Origin: Octopus bimaculoides
Lineage: Eukaryota
Assembly (NCBI RefSeq): GCF_001194135.2
Contig: NC_068988.1
Coordinates: forward strand, 96,857,819 to 96,921,818
DNA length: 64,000 nt
Reading direction: 5' to 3'
The notes under the pieces are model-generated. The model searched no databases. It saw only the letters and a program-made list of their open reading frames with translations, and had not been told where the DNA came from. The translations under genes were made by a program, and so were the position numbers. This document shows positions 25,020 through 36,954 of this stretch, one piece after another (the first letter of the stretch is position 1; each line of letters begins with the position of its first letter).

Positions 25020-28000
25020 ATGTCTGCAACCTACCTGTACATGATCTGTGGTGTAACCACCAGCATAAGGGTAACCAAACTGGCTGTAATACTGGGAATA
25101 AGCTGACCAGCTCTGGTAATATTGATATTGTTGGTATTGTTGATAATACTGACTGTATTGCTGGGCACTCTGGGTTCCAGGAACATCAGGAGGGGGGGGC
25201 CTGACAAACATAAATTATAAACAATTTTTTTTTTCAATTAGTGAAAAACATACAAAGGAAAATTATTGAAAAGGTTGCAAGATGCAAAGAAAATTTTAGA
25301 AAAATAAAAAAGACATAAGTGGAAATTTTACTGGTGAGTGTGTTAAATTATAAAGTACTAAAAGAGACTGACACTCCCCAGACACAACAGAATATGCTTC
25401 AACACACGAACTCACATAAAGAGGAGGACTGGACAGCAAAAGCAGAGAAATGAATAAAAATATCTTTTAGTTTTCTTTTTGTGCTGGTGCCACATAAATA
25501 GCACCTATTATACTCTGTGGAGTGGTTGGCATTAGGAAGGGCATCCAGCAGTAGAAACCTTGCCAAAACAGATGACTGGAACCTGGCATAGCCTTCTGGC
25601 TTAGCAGCTTCTGTCAACCCAACCAACCCATGCCCACATGGAAAAACAGAGGTTGAATAATGAAGATGACAAACCCCCTTCTGAGGTGAATATGTTCACA
25701 GGTGGTGCTCCATCATGGTCACAATCCAATGATTGAAATCAATAAAATAAAAAAATTAAAGAATGGAAGAATAAATTAAGGAAAACCAAAATGAAGCAAT
25801 GAATTCCTTTGTTTGGTTACAATCTCCCAAATTGGTAAATGATATCCAAACTGTTTACACATACCTTTTAGGTGTAGCTAAACTAACCCGGATTGGTCTC
25901 CGGCCAATGGACACATGCTGCATCTCAAACATTGCCTTCTGCTGCTCACTTTCATCCGTAAACCGGACAAAGCCGTAGCCTTTACTGCGACCATAATTGT
26001 CAAGCACCACTAATACAAAGAAGAGAAACAGAAATGACAGGAAACAGAGTTATACTCGTCAGGTCAGTGTGTGTGTTTTATGGTTTAATCAAAAGAAGAA
26101 GTACAGCATTAATGGCCTTGCTATGGGGCCACTGGGCCAGATAGGCAGACTGGACGTTATCTTAAAACAAAGTGAACAGTATTAAAGATATATGGTGGTG
26201 ATAAGCCATATAATGGATTAAATCCCTCAGCAAATAAAGAGACGATAGCTTGACCATTCATGGTGTCCATCAATGTGTGATCTGATCAATCCTGTACAAG
26301 AATAAGAGAATATTTGATTGTGTGACCCACTATTCAACAGCAACATTTTAATGTCCAGTTTTCCAATGCTTGCATGGGTCAAGCAGAATTCATTGAGACA
26401 CACAACCATGCTGACCTCATGCCACATCCTTACCCCAATCAATATTTACCTTCGTTGATTGTCTTTTTGCTATTCAATTTTCTTAGCAGTTGCCAATCTT
26501 AGCCTGGAAGCTAGAATTTTGCACAAGCAGTTGAATTAGTCAGTCTGAGGACCTGTAACTTTGCCATCCAAGATTTATCACAACTGATTGCTGAGCTTCT
26601 TAAACAAGGGCCCTGAACTGTTTTGTTATTCAAATTTCCTAATAACTGTCTATTTCTCATTAGCTGCCAACTTATTCAAACAGTGGCCCCGATACTTCCT
26701 CAAAACCTGTCAAACCAATTAAGTTCTGCTACTCAAAATCAGCAGCAATTAATTATGAAAAGTTGTAAGTCAGGAAGGATGTTTTTTCGATTCTTACCTT
26801 TAGCAGCACTGCAGGAACGGAAGCATTTTGAGAAAGCACTGTACAATTCATAGTCATCAACATCATCAGAGAGGTCTCCAACAAACAAGGAGTATTCCGG
26901 ACTGTGAAATGAAACACATTCACCATGAAACAAGGACCTCGTTTAGATTTATATGTTTAAGGCCTAAAGTAATTTTTTGCATTGTCATAAAGACACACAT
27001 TTGAAGGGAAGAAAGAGAACTGAAAAAATTCTTAGGATATAACTGGTACTTTGACTAAAGGAAGAATTGAACTTATGACCTAGTGGTCAATAGTCAAGCC
27101 CTTTAACCGCACAACTAGATAAAATAAAACCAGAAATCAGTTGGGGCCCATATCTCAAAGATCAAGAGGGACTTTAAAAGCTGTTACTGCTCTCTAAGAA
27201 TGCAAAAACAATTACCATGATTAGATTTATGGTACCTGAAGAGGACAGACTCAACATTTCTCATCAACTGAAGAAAAAAAACCCCAGATATCAGGATTTG
27301 TTTGATGGGTCCCTTGTTAAGGGATGGCATGTGGACTCATCCCCAACTCAAGTTGGTTGCCATGGCTTCCCAGTTTGACCAGTGCACATTTTCCTGAAGA
27401 AGATTAGTCTGAAATTCAAACAAATGAAAACAGACACCAAGAAGAGAGGCAATGGCCCAAGGTGGCAATGGTTGACAAGAGACTTGCAAGTGGAACCCTT
27501 CCACAAGTGAAGACTAATTCACTCTTCACTGCCCCACTCTGTGTACAGAGTGTAGAGGCTAAGGGGCAAAACGCTTGTGACCCTGAGATATCGGCTGACG
27601 ATACGGAAGTGTTTCCAACATTGTGATGAATTCAAGAAAGAAAAGAGCTTGCAATGCCCCCCCCACCCCAGAAGCTCTTGCAGTGGCTCTGAGAATGAAC
27701 GCCACCTATGTATACCAAATAAACAGAAAAATACTTACGTTGATAAATGTTCTTTTCCATAACTAGCTCTGTTTAATTTAAAGCGTTTTGGCTGGGAAAA
27801 TGGTAAAAAAAAAGAGAATCAAAACAATTCAAATCTTCACTGAAAACAACATTGATACAAAATGGTGAATAATGAGAGGAATAATGGAGAGGAAAAATGG
27901 TGAATAATGAGAGGAACGAAATATGTGGAGACAGTTGAAAAGTGGTTGGAGCACAGTTAATATCTTCAAAACATAATGATGGACAGAGTGATTACAGTAA

Positions 28001-31000
28001 TGATAGAAATGAGGACTTCATCCATTTCCTGATAACACAGTCCCATCAAAGTAGAGGTTATTTCCAATTCGTGACAATTGACGAAGCATTTGGCAGAGAG
28101 AAATGATGCAGAAACTGATCCTCACTCGTCTTCATCATTTCATATCCAACTTCCCGGATGGCATCAAGTTGGATGGATTGACAAGATCCAATGGATTTAA
28201 GGACCACATCATGCTCCAGTGTTCTGCTTTGCCATGGTCGCCACAAATGGATGCTGCTCCCCACAACCATGGACTCGGTGTATTTTCTATGCCATAAGCA
28301 TAAGTGAGGCTGTCATGCAATTCACAAGACTATGAACCCTTGGGGGTTCATAGTCAGGTATAATGTTTCCTCATCATACAACCATAAAAGTGCTAATCAC
28401 AATGAAGGAATCAACTTAGTTTATAATAAGTATCCGGACTGTTGCCATAGCAATGAAACTAAAGCATGCAGAGTGAAGCTGCTTGGCACAAATTGACTTC
28501 GCATGTGCACCATTAAGTTTTAATGTTCTAGCTGTTTACAGCAGTGCTTGGTTGTAACAAGTGATCATCACACTGACCATGAGAGAGGAGATCTCGTGCA
28601 ACTGAAATCCGATTGTCCTTCTGGTCAGCTGAAATCAGGTTTGGCACAAACTTGGCAGACACGCGTCTCATATCAAAATCTTCAGTGATGATACACTGAA
28701 ATGAACCATAACTAATCTGCACATCCTCTGATAACTCACAGATGGTGATTCAACGATTTCCCCTCACAGCTGCAATTTTTATCTCAATTCTGCTGGTTAA
28801 TGTGACAGTTCCATAAAAGGAAAGAATGCTACTGTTATTTAGCCCTAGGAAACACTGTTTCCTGTTGGACTTGACACAGGAAATGTGTCAAGTCCAACAG
28901 GAAACGGTATTTCCTAGGGCTAAATAACAGTAGTATTCTTCCCTTTCGTGGGACTGTCTCATTAAGTCGACAAAATGTACTATCACTTCTCTCAGACTTT
29001 GTATGAAACATGGATTTGCCAATAAAATATCCAAACCAATGGACATTGAAATGAGACATTAAAAGAGAGATAATGTAATTACAGGGATACTGTTAGGCAC
29101 AATCTTGCCGTTCAGTCTTAACATGGCTCGGTGTGCCATCTCTGGAGAAGAAAGTTCAACAAAACAGTAACCAGCAGGCACTCTGCAAAAGAAACAAACA
29201 GAAAATAGATTATGAAGAGAAAGGCATGGCTGGGGGGTAAGAAATTTTCTTCCCGACCACATGGTTCCGGGTTCAGTTCCACTGTATGGCAACTTGGGTA
29301 AGTGTCTTCAAACCGTCCAACCCATGCCAGCATGGGAAACAGACGTTAAACGATGATGATGATCCTGCATGCTCTCTGGAGTTTGTAAGTAATTTCGATG
29401 TAGGTGACCTAATTAGCAGTGCAGGGGGGTTGTACAGAAAGTGTAATTGCTAGAATAAGAATACCATGAAGAAAGTTCAGAGGTTAGAGTATGATAGAAG
29501 TATTGATAGTCAACAAGGTATTGGTTGACCCAGGATTATAACAGAAGACCCTTACCCAAGGTGTCAGGCAGTGAGACTGATCTTGAAACCATAAGGTTGC
29601 AAAGGTGAACTTCAATCAGCATTGGAAAATACACACACAGAGGTTCTTAGATAAAATTACAATGGAAGGCTTTGATAATATAAACAAGTTAATGAGAGGT
29701 GTTTGTATAACAACCACAGTGTCAGGTGTGTTAAAAAGTGAACCTAACTTAACAATCTTTAGTAATGAATAAGTTTTCTCCAAAATCAAGGAATAAAGAA
29801 TGCATCCAAATGATGGCGGTGCTACACAAGTTATTCTAGAATTGGTCAACTTGGGAAAACCTCACCAAAAGTGTTCTTCAAGGATGATTTAGTTTAACTC
29901 TAGTGTTTAAACCAACCGCATCCAGTACAAATGTTCTACCTGTTTTTATGTTCAACTGACCAGATCCAGCCTCTTATACCTTCCCTGCAATGTCATTATA
30001 AAAATAAACAAGCACATTGTCGAAAGCTTGAAGCTCCAACATAATGCATAATTAATTTTAAAACAATGGAAATAAATAGACATTTCATTTGATTGAGAAA
30101 TCTGAATGCTAAACGGTTAATAATGATGACTTTGATAGATTTCAACTTACCCAGTCTGTTTATTCCGTATGATCTTCACACTGACAACTGTTTCCCCAAA
30201 ATAACTAAAAGCCTGAGTGATGAAGCCTTCATCCATATATGGTTCCAGCTGGGGAAAGATAGGAGAGTGTTCAAAATAAATGTTTTTATTTTTTTAAATT
30301 TTTTTTTTTTTTAAGAAATAATAATATCAATAATAATCATTTCCACTGAAATTCAATGGTGAGGGGCAATGTTAATTATATCAACCCCAGTACACAACTG
30401 GTACTTATTTTACTGACACTGAAAGGAAGAAAGGCAAAGTCTACCTCAGTGGGATTTGAACTCAGAACACAAAGAGCCTGAAGTGATGCCACTTAGCATT
30501 TTATCGGGCATGCTGACAGTTCTACCAACTTGCCACTTTAATGACAATAATAATTTCTTTACTTAGCAATTAAGGATTTACACAAAGGCCTCAGTCCTTG
30601 ATTTCAGGGACCACAGAATGATGAAAAGCAAAGCTGACCGTAACAGAATTTGAACTCATAAATTCCATTCTCCAACATTAAGAATTATGCTGACTGGAAT
30701 TTCAGATTTTATGGATGGTTTTCTTCCAGGTGAACCCTCTACTTATATAAACTCTGTTAGATAATAACTGTAAGAGCGCCGAGTGAGGAATCAGCTTGAC
30801 TTTATTAATCCTTGCTTATCGGATATATACCATCAACAACATCATCATGAAGCTTGCATGGGTTGGACAGAATTTATTGAAGCGGATTTTCTACAGCTGG
30901 ATGCCCTTCTGGTTGCCAACGCTTAGAAACTGGCACTTTTTACAAAGCTGTTCTTGATTGCTGAAGTTCGTCATTCCAACCATTGAGGAGAAACAGCAGA

Positions 31001-33533
31001 GAGAGAGGCACCACCCCTCCATTGCATCCAGTAGCTTCACTGCAACGGATGTCATTGTTACTGCAGATCAAGAGTAGGCCCTGGAGCCAACATGTGGAAG
31101 AGCCTGCTAGGGTTGGTTACTGAATTACAACAGTCAACGTCAACCTATGATGGACAGCCAAAGAAAAACAATATAAGCCAGTAGGTGAGAGCTATAAATA
31201 TGAAGTGAATCATTATTGAACATAAATGAAAGCACACACACACAGACAAATGAATGCAACATTTTAAGATATGGGAAAAGAAATCATTAAAATGCTGTTA
31301 TGAGATCAAATTATACCTGGAGAGTTCAAAGTATTAATTTTAATGCTAAACAACAATGACAGGAGTATTGCAGTTTTAAGGAGCTTTTGTTGCTGTTATC
31401 AAAGTGACATCCAAAGACTATCGGATCAGCAGAAATCCAAGTGACAAAGGCTACTATGTGAGATTTGCCAACTTTAACAAATCCGAGGCATTCAATACTT
31501 TTTTACTTTGTTTCACACAAAGTTATATATACATACATGTCCAACCCATGCTAGCATGGAAAGCGGACGTTGATGATGATGATCCTATCATCTCCGTCTT
31601 TGATTTTAACACCTACATTTATAATAATAATAATAATGATCCTTTCAAGGCCTGGATTTTGTGGGGGAGGGGGACAATCGATCACATCGACCCCCAGTAC
31701 TCCACTGGTACTTAATCAATCGACTCCGAAAAGATGAAAGGCAAAGTCGACCTCGGCAGAATTTGAACTCAGAACGTATCGGCAGACGAAATACTGCTAA
31801 TCTTAAAGAAGTTATAAAAATTATTTGAAAATATTTAACCATCACACTTGACACTTCCTCAGGATACTTAAGTCTATCTTATTATTTTGATTTTCAGTCC
31901 CACAGCCATATGAACCCAAAACCGGAACTCATTTACTGTATCTAAATGCGAAAAAATCTAAAACAAAACAACAGGGTCAAACCCGAGCGTAAGAGAAAAA
32001 GGATTATAAGAATTGGATGAGATATGATGGCTCGGCCGTCTCTCCCCAGTTCTTATATTAATCATTAATATCCAGAAATACAACAACACGAGGGATAACG
32101 GTAACAACAGATCAATAGTTTATTCTAGGTTGGTGTAGAGCCGTTTCGTTCCTGGGTGAATAGGCATGCCGCTAGAATTCCAAAGGAAGCTTCGAGCACA
32201 TGTCGGGGTTGAGTTGGGACAGCCTGGAAGAATGTCCTGTCGCCACGGCTGCTGGATGGATAAGAGAGCGAACACTATTGCTTTCACTCCACCTGTTGCA
32301 TTGCGCATGCGTGCTCGGGTACTTCCGCTGACGGCAAGTCCCTTGCACATGCGCAATGGCACTTCCCAAGATGGCGGTCACTACAGAATAAAATACATTA
32401 TTGATCGCATTATACATGAGTAAATGGAGTTTATTGTGGAGAGAGAGAGAGAAGACGATGCAATCAAGGATGAGAAAATCATTGGTTGTATGTCTACAGG
32501 ATAAAGTTGTTGGACCGAGGGTTAAACAATAAAAGTACACAGACGATATGGAGATACGTAATAAAGAGAAACATGAAAAAGCAGTGTAATTGATTAAAGG
32601 AAATAAAAGACCCAAAAGGCATAAAACCATTTTTCGTTGCCAAACATAGAGACATAACGGCATATGTATGTGTGTATATATATATATAAGCATACCTACG
32701 CAAATGTGTCTCCCGTCACCAGGCTTTGTTTCCTCATTACTTTCATTACTTTTGATAACATTTCCCACAAATACCTTTAACGTGGTGAAGATTCCCATTA
32801 TTTCTGAAACTTTTTCCCAAAGTTATGAGGAAACAAAGTGTAGTCTTGTAAGTATGCCGAGAGAGAGGGAGGGCTGTAGTCCTACACTTCAATAAGATGA
32901 GATGCTTGTGATTGAATGTCTTAGATTTTGTTTGCTCGAGATTAATGAGTGATTTGAGGTTAAACTTCGATAAAAAAAATGCTTTGAAATAAATCGTAAA
33001 ATACAGAAACAAAATCATTTTTTTTACAGAAGTTGAAATACAAAAAGGAACTTTATATCAACTTTTAATTGAAACAAACCAGCTTTTTTCGCCCTTTATA
33101 TTTCTTAATTCAATAAAAAGAAAAGCAATCCAAACGTTTTAAACGATAAACAATGACATGTTTACCAAAAAATAAAATAGTTGGACCAAATAGAATGTAT
33201 TTTATTTGCTTTCTGCAAACATTTCATAATTATTAATATTATTTCCCTGTCAGATCTTTAATTTTCTACATAACAACTAAAATAACAGGAATTTTAAACA
33301 ATTTTATTTAAAAACAAACAATGGAACAAAACAGGATTCCCAGACAACAGAAACGAAAAAAATAGAGAAAATGGATAAAAGGATTCCGAAAATATTGTTT
33401 TGTTTGTATTCTTTATGAATTACGATGTTGATTTCGTTGTATTTTGATCAATAAATGTAGAATTAGATGATGAAGGGAATAAATAATTACTTACATCTCC
33501 CATCCAAAGTGTTGAGGTCCCAGTTGCAGACAT
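22515..33533 (-). CDS. TRNAU1AP: tRNA selenocysteine 1-associated protein 1 (SECp43), complete, 10 exons, 328 aa
   Basis: Exons 33533-33495, 30248-30151, 29182-29083, 27791-27739, 26901-26798, 26009-25865, 25200-25035, 24090-24045, 23171-23113, 22691-22515 total 987 nt in frame. Two RRMs (TLWMGDLEPYMDE..AGYCFVE; [19 protein letters not shown]), Tyr/Gln-rich segment, and conserved C-terminus (EFIEQSEEIFEAL..RWQPID). Confidence 0.96.
23113..23171 (-). CDS. TRNAU1AP: TRNAU1AP coding exon 9
   Basis: [19 protein letters not shown]; tag/gtgagt. Confidence 0.92.
24045..24090 (-). CDS. TRNAU1AP: TRNAU1AP coding exon 8
   Basis: [15 protein letters not shown]; cag/gttagt; phase bridges exons 7 and 9. 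Confidence 0.85.
24560..24750 (-). mobile_element. SINE family A (diverged)
   Basis: Reverse complement of B box/core (gcagaatttgaactcagaa). Confidence 0.7.
25035..25200 (-). CDS. TRNAU1AP: TRNAU1AP coding exon 7 (Tyr/Gln-rich)
   Basis: [34 protein letters not shown]...DHVQ; cag/gtaggt. Confidence 0.93.
25865..26009 (-). CDS. TRNAU1AP: TRNAU1AP coding exon 6
   Basis: [47 protein letters not shown]; tag/gtatgt. Confidence 0.95.
26798..26901 (-). CDS. TRNAU1AP: TRNAU1AP coding exon 5
   Basis: [34 protein letters not shown]; cag/gtaaga. Confidence 0.95.
27739..27791 (-). CDS. TRNAU1AP: TRNAU1AP coding exon 4
   Basis: [17 protein letters not shown]; cag/gtaagt. Confidence 0.93.
28425..28800 (-). 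mobile_element. Mariner transposase remnant
   Basis: [33 protein letters not shown] matches the mariner linker (WVP/FVP) region. Confidence 0.75.
29083..29182 (-). CDS. TRNAU1AP: TRNAU1AP coding exon 3
   Basis: [33 protein letters not shown]; cag/gtaatt. Confidence 0.95.
30151..30248 (-). CDS. TRNAU1AP: TRNAU1AP coding exon 2
   Basis: [33 protein letters not shown]; cag/gtaagt. Confidence 0.95.
30350..30540 (-). mobile_element. SINE family A (diverged)
   Basis: Reverse complement of core and B box. Confidence 0.65.
31640..31800 (-). mobile_element. SINE family A
   Basis: Reverse complement of core (gatgaaaggcaaagtcgacctcggcagaatttgaactcagaacg). Confidence 0.8.
32014..32385 (-). mobile_element. 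Candidate solo LTR (Gypsy-like) in TRNAU1AP intron 1
   Basis: TG...CA ends, flanking 4-bp direct repeat GAAT (32010-32013 and 32386-32389), CpG-rich promoter-type motifs at the minus-strand 5' end, AATAAA (minus, 32124-32119) followed by a GT-rich tract. Confidence 0.45.
33495..33533 (-). CDS. TRNAU1AP: TRNAU1AP coding exon 1 ([13 protein letters not shown])
   Basis: ATG at 33533, gtaagt donor, RNP2 start of RRM1. Confidence 0.9.
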
Positions 33534-33539
33534 CGTTTA

Positions 33540-34240
33540 AAAGAAGCTTTTAAAGTTATTCAGGACAATAAACAAAACAATTCGTTTTAATTTATAGTGT
33601 GAAAGTGTTCAGATGAAGAAGAAACTCTCGGAATAAAAGAGAATTACAACAAAAGGAATTTTCCGTTTTGACGAAACACGTGGAAAGAATCGAAATTCAC
33701 AAGAATTGATGTCAAAAAGCAATTCATACAACAATAATTATATTTAAATAATTCAGTCAATATTCGGTTATCAATGGTCTAAAGAAAACATTTTTAGACA
33801 TCTTAATTCTTAAATATATCAAAAATCTTTAAATAATTTCCCTCAAAGACTTTTACGACATAAAACTGTCGGCATTTCGTTTGAACCGGTGTCGCAAATG
33901 AAAAAGCAGCCAGAAACAATTTATCCCCCTTCACCTCGTCTGGAACAACAGGAAGAATAAATTCAGTCGTTATTATTTTATGTCGTATTCGTTAAGTTTA
34001 CCGTATTTACTCGTATTTAAGTTGCGCCCTAAATTTAGTGTTAAATCTTGATACAAAATTGTTTCGTTTCATAGTTTAGTTTTGCCCTATCCCAATTTTT
34101 TCAGTTAAAAACCAAATATAAAATAGTGCGACTTATACAAGATTTAGTTATACGGTAATTTAGTTTAAGTTGGGGAACGAGAAATTCCAATAATGTGACA
34201 CAACTATTTGGAAAGTCTTCCAATCCTCTTTATGGAAGGT
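33540..34240. promoter_or_regulatory. Probable bidirectional promoter and first non-coding exons between TRNAU1AP (-) and ZDHHC16 (+)
   Basis: Head-to-head genes (ATGs 2.3 kb apart), locally retained CpGs around 33850-34030, no SINEs; plus-strand donor AAG/GTAAAT at 34239. Confidence 0.5.
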
Positions 34241-34526
34241 AAATGCTTTTTACTTTCTCTCTCTCTCTCTCTTTTATTTTATTATTTTAATAATATGATG
34301 AATTAATAGGAATGTATAAATCCCACACAATCCTTAACTTACAAGAGCTGTCCCATTACTATTTAAGTCCGTATGGATGGTCATGGACGGGCAATTAACG
34401 GAGCAGTTATTAACAGTTACCTACCCTTAACGTTTCTCCCCATTCACGCATGGTCTCTCTTTCTCTCTCTCTTCGGTATTTGTCTTTCTATTTGTCTGCA
34501 CTGTTTTTAATACCATTTTCAAATAG

Positions 34527-34577
34527 AAAAATTAGCCGCTATAACAACTTGCTTCACAAATAGCTACAAGAATAAAG
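34527..34577 (+). other. Candidate non-coding 5'UTR exon of the plus-strand transcript
   Basis: Long polypyrimidine tract then tag acceptor; strong donor AAG/GTAAGA at 34578. Confidence 0.35.
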
Positions 34578-35805
34578 GTAAGAATTTATTGTTCTATTTC
34601 ATATCCGTCTATTTATTCAGTTACAAAAATCTGTACGATCTAATCGGGATATTTCATTTAATATTTATAAAATCAACGTCAGTACTTCAAAATATATAGT
34701 TTTAAGTTACCAATTCATAATTCGCTTTATATTTACGCAACAAAGTTATTAAATTGCATTAGTAATCTGTTTATCTTTTCCAGCATGCACTAAGTTTAAT
34801 TTCATTGACAGGCATAAAATCTTATTTATTACCCTAACGTAAATCCTCACTGAAACTACATGGTATTCATGTTTTTCTCATGGGTCAATATTAGAGACAA
34901 GTAACACTAATTAAAAGCTGGTTGCACATTCATGTGGGGAGATATAGTGTTTAGACGAGCGAAGCTGGCCATTAGATACCATGTCATGCCTTTGTCACCA
35001 ATTTCCTATTACACCGGTAGCAGTTGTTTAAATAACGACTCCGTTGTTGCTGGGGAGCTGTGAGAGTTATTTCCCCCTGTTCGTTGGCTGCCGGTAGAGG
35101 GAGAGGGTGTCTCCTGAATGGCAGCTTCCAGGCTGGGACTTTACTGAGGAGAAGCAATTCTATCCGAATGTTATTCTTCTTTCCGACCGAAAAGGGAAAC
35201 TCAAGAATATAAATATAGATCTTTAGAGGGTGTCATAAGACACTGACACGCTTTGAAGGATTTCTTTTTAGAAATTCCTTATGTCTTTTGTGAGTATATT
35301 TTTATGCAAGGTGTTCGTTTCCTAAAAAACTTCAAATTCTTCCCAAAAAATAAGAAGAAAAAGGATTTATTTATTATTTTTAGCTTCAAACAAGTTTGGG
35401 AAATGTATTGTGGAATTATTTGTAACTCTTCTAATTCGTGCTGTCTAAATGAGGATTTTTATTTTTATGATGTTAATTGGAAAATCGGAATCACAAGAAA
35501 CAAATGAAGAAATGAGTTTTGCTTGTTTCATTGAAGAGAAAAAAAAAATTTATTTATTTAAAACTTTATAGATAATTATGAAAAAGAAAAATAACTATTG
35601 GAAAACGTCTGCACTAAATATAAACACGGACAAACTTTAAAAGATTGATAATAATTGAATGAAAAATTAAAAAAGGAAAAACCTCAACACAGCAAAGTAA
35701 GATTTTAATGAAAAAGTACGGAAATGTCGATGACTACTAAACTTTGTGTAAAGTCATGAAAGTTTTATCTGGATTATTTAGTAAGTGTCAACGTATCATT
35801 GAAAT

Positions 35806-36954
35806 ATGAAAATCTTACGTTGGCGAATCAATATTTGCCAGTGGGCAAGCAACTTACGTTTCTCTCTCAACACCACTTGCGATCTCATCAAATTAATGTA
35901 TTTCAGTCTCTGTTACAACGCGTTCACCTCACCCAGTCTAATTCTAGAGACTGGTTTGGAACCAGTTTTTTGGATCGTGGACCACTTTGCCAAGTACATG
36001 GGACCCATTCTGATGTTTATTGTGTTTGCGTTGTGTAGCATTGGTCTTGTTATATTTTATGTGATTATGATACCTCGGTACCTTTCTTATGGTTGGCACT
36101 GGTTCCTACCGAATTTCATCTTTGGAAATTGGTTGTTGGTTAACACAGTATTCAATTATGTGATGGGCTGTCGCACGAATCCAGGCCACCCACCTCAGAT
36201 TGTTCCCGAAGTGGTGTCCATCTGCAAACGTTGTATTTCACCGAAACCACCCCGGGCCCATCATTGCAGCGTTTGTAAGAAGTGTGTTCTTCGAATGGAC
36301 CATCACTGCCCTTGGCTCAACAACTGTGTTGGCTTCTACAATCACCGTTATTTCTTTCTATACATGGTCTACATGATGTCCGGCTGTCTCTATGCATGTT
36401 TTCTTTTCTATCCATTATTCTACGATAATTTTTATGTCGGCAAAGAAGTCGTATTCCACGGAGTACTGTATCCCCTTAACATGGCTTACCAGTTTTGGAT
36501 GTCTAAAAACAAAAGCTACACATACATAGCTATCTCTAATGGTACTTCTGTGAAACGAACTCCTCCTCCTCAATCTTTCAACCAGCTCACATTATCGGAT
36601 CAGATTTATCATCATTCTGTGATTTTTGTGTTTTTCCTGGGGTTTGGCTGTGTTATAGCCCTGAGCATCCTCTCTTTGTGGCATGCACGCCTTGTGAGTC
36701 GTGGTGAGACTAGTATTGAAGTTCACATTAACAAAAATGAAAGGAAAAGGCTTAAAAAACTTGGACAGACCTATGTGAATCCTTATGATTTTGGTTTTGT
36801 CCAGAACTGGAAGTTATTCTTTGGCCTGACTGAAGGTAGGACATTCTGGCGTCACATTCTCTTTCCATCTCGACACAAGCCTCCAGGAAATGGTTTACAG
36901 TGGAAAACAACTACATTTACTGTGGATAATTTTGAAAATATTCATGTGTTGTGA
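35806..36954 (+). CDS. ZDHHC16: DHHC palmitoyltransferase ZDHHC16, uninterrupted CDS, 382 aa
   Basis: Cys-rich domain CKRCISPKPPRAHHCSVCKKCVLRMDHHCPWLNNCVG plus ZDHHC16-type motifs (EPVFWIVD, ISRGETSIE-like VSRGETSIEVHINK, NPYDFG..NWK.F, PSRHKPPGNG). Confidence 0.95.
   Translation: MKILRWRINICQWASNLRFSLNTTCDLIKLMYFSLCYNAFTSPSLILETGLEPVFWIVDHFAKYMGPILMFIVFALCSIGLVIFYVIMIPRYLSYGWHWFLPNFIFGNWLLVNTVFNYVMGCRTNPGHPPQIVPEVVSICKRCISPKPPRAHHCSVCKKCVLRMDHHCPWLNNCVGFYNHRYFFLYMVYMMSGCLYACFLFYPLFYDNFYVGKEVVFHGVLYPLNMAYQFWMSKNKSYTYIAISNGTSVKRTPPPQSFNQLTLSDQIYHHSVIFVFFLGFGCVIALSILSLWHARLVSRGETSIEVHINKNERKRLKKLGQTYVNPYDFGFVQNWKLFFGLTEGRTFWRHILFPSRHKPPGNGLQWKTTTFTVDNFENIHVL

Noticed and set aside
32100-32390. 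Known structural RNA (7SK, SRP, RNase P/MRP, U3, U11/U12, telomerase RNA)
   Set aside because: None of the diagnostic motifs I remember match and there is no CTAACCCT-type template; only an Infernal search can fully exclude it.
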